A stretch of DNA of 64,000 nucleotides, from NCBI GenBank assembly GCA_018303995.1, contig JAGVXB010000033.1, positions 2,486 to 66,485 of the forward strand. The letters are read 5' to 3'. Below, piece by piece: positions 62,412 through 64,000 of this stretch. Position 1 is the stretch's first letter, and each line of letters opens with the position of its first letter. Both the position numbers and the translations under genes were made by a program. The stretch is from Candidatus Pacearchaeota archaeon (lineage in GTDB: Archaea; Nanobdellota; Nanobdellia; Pacearchaeales; GW2011-AR1). The notes beneath the pieces were generated by a model, which saw only the letters and a program-made list of their open reading frames with translations, ran no database searches and was not told the origin of the DNA.

Positions 62412-62918
62412 TTAAACTCTTCTGCCGCGCTTTCCTCCCTTTTTCTTAGGACCGCCACGAGGTACTCTATTGGTATCAAGAACTCCTAATATTCTGAAAC
62501 CTTCTTTGCTAAGAGTTTTAACTGCTGCATGAGCACCTGGACCAATTCCCGGAGAACTAGTCTGGCCTCGCATTCTAATATAAAGTGCAGTTATTCCAGC
62601 ATCTCTAGCAAATTCTGCAGCCCTTTTAGCGACGAACATCGCAGTAGTTGGGTTAGCTTTCAAACGACTGTGTTTAGTAATCATTCCCCCACTAATACGA
62701 GTAATAGTGCTTCCTGAAAGGTCTGTAATGTGAACGATGGTGTTATTATAAGAACCAAACACATAAGCGATTCCTGGAATAATATCTGCCCTTTCTTCTT
62801 TCTCAATTTCTTCAGGTTCAACTACTTCCATCTTAGGGATATCTTTCTCTTCTTCTTTCTTTATAGGCATTCCTTCCTTTAATTCTTCCATTTTATCTTC
62901 AGATTTTATTTTACTCAT
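62412..62918 (-). CDS. rps11: 30S ribosomal protein S11 with a ~45-aa KE-rich N-terminal extension
   Basis: GIAYVFGSYNNTIVHITDLSGSTI...GPGAHAAVKTLSKEGFRILGVLDTNRVPRGGPKKKGGKRGRR. Confidence 0.92.
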   Translation of the reverse strand: MSKIKSEDKMEELKEGMPIKKEEEKDIPKMEVVEPEEIEKEERADIIPGIAYVFGSYNNTIVHITDLSGSTITRISGGMITKHSRLKANPTTAMFVAKRAAEFARDAGITALYIRMRGQTSSPGIGPGAHAAVKTLSKEGFRILGVLDTNRVPRGGPKKKGGKRGRRV

Positions 62919-63379
62919 GCAGTCTCCTTAATGGTTTTATTTTTCAGAACAATATTTCCTTCAGAATTTACAAAAACAATGTAGCTTGGAACATCAACAA
63001 CTCTTCCGTCAACAGATATCTTTTTATGAACTACGAGTTGTCTTGCTTGTTTAGCGCTATTTGCTAAACCCTTTTTCCATACGAGAGTAGTTAATCTTCT
63101 CTTAAGCAAATCTTCTTTATTTAGTGCCAAAACATCAGCAATAGTTTTTACAGACAATCCGATGTTCCTAAGTTTGGCAAAAAATTTGTTTTGCTCTTCT
63201 AAATCGGAGGTAATAAGAAATTTAGCGCGATTTCTAAAATATTTTATCTTTGCTTCTGCTTTCCAAATTTCTCTTTTGCTTTTTAATCCATATTCTTCAA
63301 CAAGTTTATTCTCATCGCCAATACGGATTTTATCATATAATTTATGAGGTCGCGAAAACTTATTTGATTTACGAATCAT
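62915..63379 (-). CDS. rps4: 30S ribosomal protein S4
   Basis: YGLKSKREIWKAEAKIKYFR plus an S4 domain (RRLTTLVWKKGLANSAKQARQLVVHKKISVDGRVV). Confidence 0.9.
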   Translation of the reverse strand: MIRKSNKFSRPHKLYDKIRIGDENKLVEEYGLKSKREIWKAEAKIKYFRNRAKFLITSDLEEQNKFFAKLRNIGLSVKTIADVLALNKEDLLKRRLTTLVWKKGLANSAKQARQLVVHKKISVDGRVVDVPSYIVFVNSEGNIVLKNKTIKETA

Positions 63380-63903
63380 TTTTTATTAGTATCTCCTTTT
63401 TTCTTAACTCCTACAGCAACACCAGTGGTTCTGAAGTGGCTTCTAGTACGTTGCCCTCTAACCGGCTGTTTCAAGGCGTGACGCATTCCCTTATAACTTT
63501 TTATTTGTCTCATACGTTTAATATCAAAATCTTTAACCATGTCAAGTTCATTTGTAAGTACATGTTTAGATTCTCCGGTGTCATAATCTCTTTGACGATT
63601 TTTAAGGTAATCATATAGTTGAGGCTTCTGTAAAAATGCTTCTATAGATTCGATTTGTTCTTTTGATAATTGCGAAATTTTAATTTTTTTGTCTATTTTA
63701 AGAATTCTGCAAATGGCATTTGAAACCCCCCAGGAGATTCCTTTAATATATGTCAATCCAATATAAGTTTGTTTATTTCCAGGAACATCTTTACTATAAA
63801 TACGGACTAATGAATCTAAATATTCTTCTTCCTTTTGCTGCTGTCGCTTAAAGTCTTTAGATTCTTTTGTCTCCTTTACTGGTTTTTCTTTTGTTTCTGC
63901 CAT
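63376..63903 (-). CDS. rps13: 30S ribosomal protein S13 with a KE-rich N-terminal extension
   Basis: LVRIYSKDVPGNKQTYIGLTYIKGISWGVSNAIC...YKGMRHALKQPVRGQRTRSHFR. Confidence 0.92.
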   Translation of the reverse strand: MAETKEKPVKETKESKDFKRQQQKEEEYLDSLVRIYSKDVPGNKQTYIGLTYIKGISWGVSNAICRILKIDKKIKISQLSKEQIESIEAFLQKPQLYDYLKNRQRDYDTGESKHVLTNELDMVKDFDIKRMRQIKSYKGMRHALKQPVRGQRTRSHFRTTGVAVGVKKKGDTNKK

Positions 63904-63904
63904 T

Positions 63905-64000
63905 TTATCTCGCGAATAATCTTTGTCGAGGGTTTTCAGTTAGTTCTTCAACTATCCTCTTCTCAATGGCCTTCTTTGGATCTGGAGCGCTTTTAACGCG
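63905..64000 (-). CDS. 3' end (31 codons) of an unidentified gene continuing beyond the right edge
   Basis: The reverse strand reads RVKSAPDPKKAIEKRIVEELTENPRQRLFAR*. The stop lies 1 nt before the S13 ATG. Confidence 0.3.
   Translation of the reverse strand, partial: RVKSAPDPKKAIEKRIVEELTENPRQRLFAR

Noticed and set aside
1-64000. Search by eye for tRNA, rRNA, SRP/RNase P RNA and C/D-box sRNAs in intergenic and GC-richer patches.
   Set aside because: I recognised no cloverleaf-compatible GC-rich ~75-nt segments, T-loop GGTTCGAATCC-like boxes or rRNA-like stretches. Absence is not proven without tRNAscan/Infernal.

Overview
This is a visibly AT-rich archaeal chromosome segment. The archaeal assignment rests on PolD DP1/DP2, Orc1/Cdc6, RadA, aEF-1beta, and an RpoD/L18e-type ribosomal operon. 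The small genes, tight gene packing and many lineage-specific membrane or KE-rich proteins suggest a small-genome DPANN-like archaeon; that is inference only.

Order of content:
- Intein-interrupted radA (partial), an RPA-like SSB, EF-1beta, an A24 prepilin peptidase and an AI-2E transporter.
- An AbiEi/AbiEii module with a decayed BRO-N/DinD-like remnant beside it.
- A large type IV pilus-like locus. It has 11 co-directional genes (9588-15877), ten of which start M-x-[KR]-[KR]-[GA] followed by a hydrophobic helix. It also has a 718-aa FlaJ/TadC-like platform protein and a 752-aa secretion ATPase. A GNAT gene and a VapBC pair interrupt it.
- Coiled-coil proteins, three tandem membrane paralogs and a PRC-barrel protein.
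- A split Hef (helicase ORF plus ERCC4 nuclease ORF), TyrRS and two sequon-rich surface-protein paralogs.
- DRG GTPase, M16 peptidase, ThpR and GNAT.
- The replication core orc1/cdc6-DP1-nudix-DP2, which abuts a ~590-bp AT-rich origin candidate, followed by an Lhr-MPE operon.
- An accessory-looking stretch (about 49.3-60.4 kb). It carries HTH regulators, a dense cluster of the palindrome AACAGCTGTT, several small repeat families, mscL, RelE-type TA, GT2, a multi-HTH PD-(D/E)xK nuclease next to xerA, and 2H phosphoesterase.
- The ribosomal operon S13-S4-S11-RpoD-L18e-L13-S9.

I recognised no rRNA, tRNA or CRISPR array. All calls come from reading translations and motifs by eye. No database search was run.
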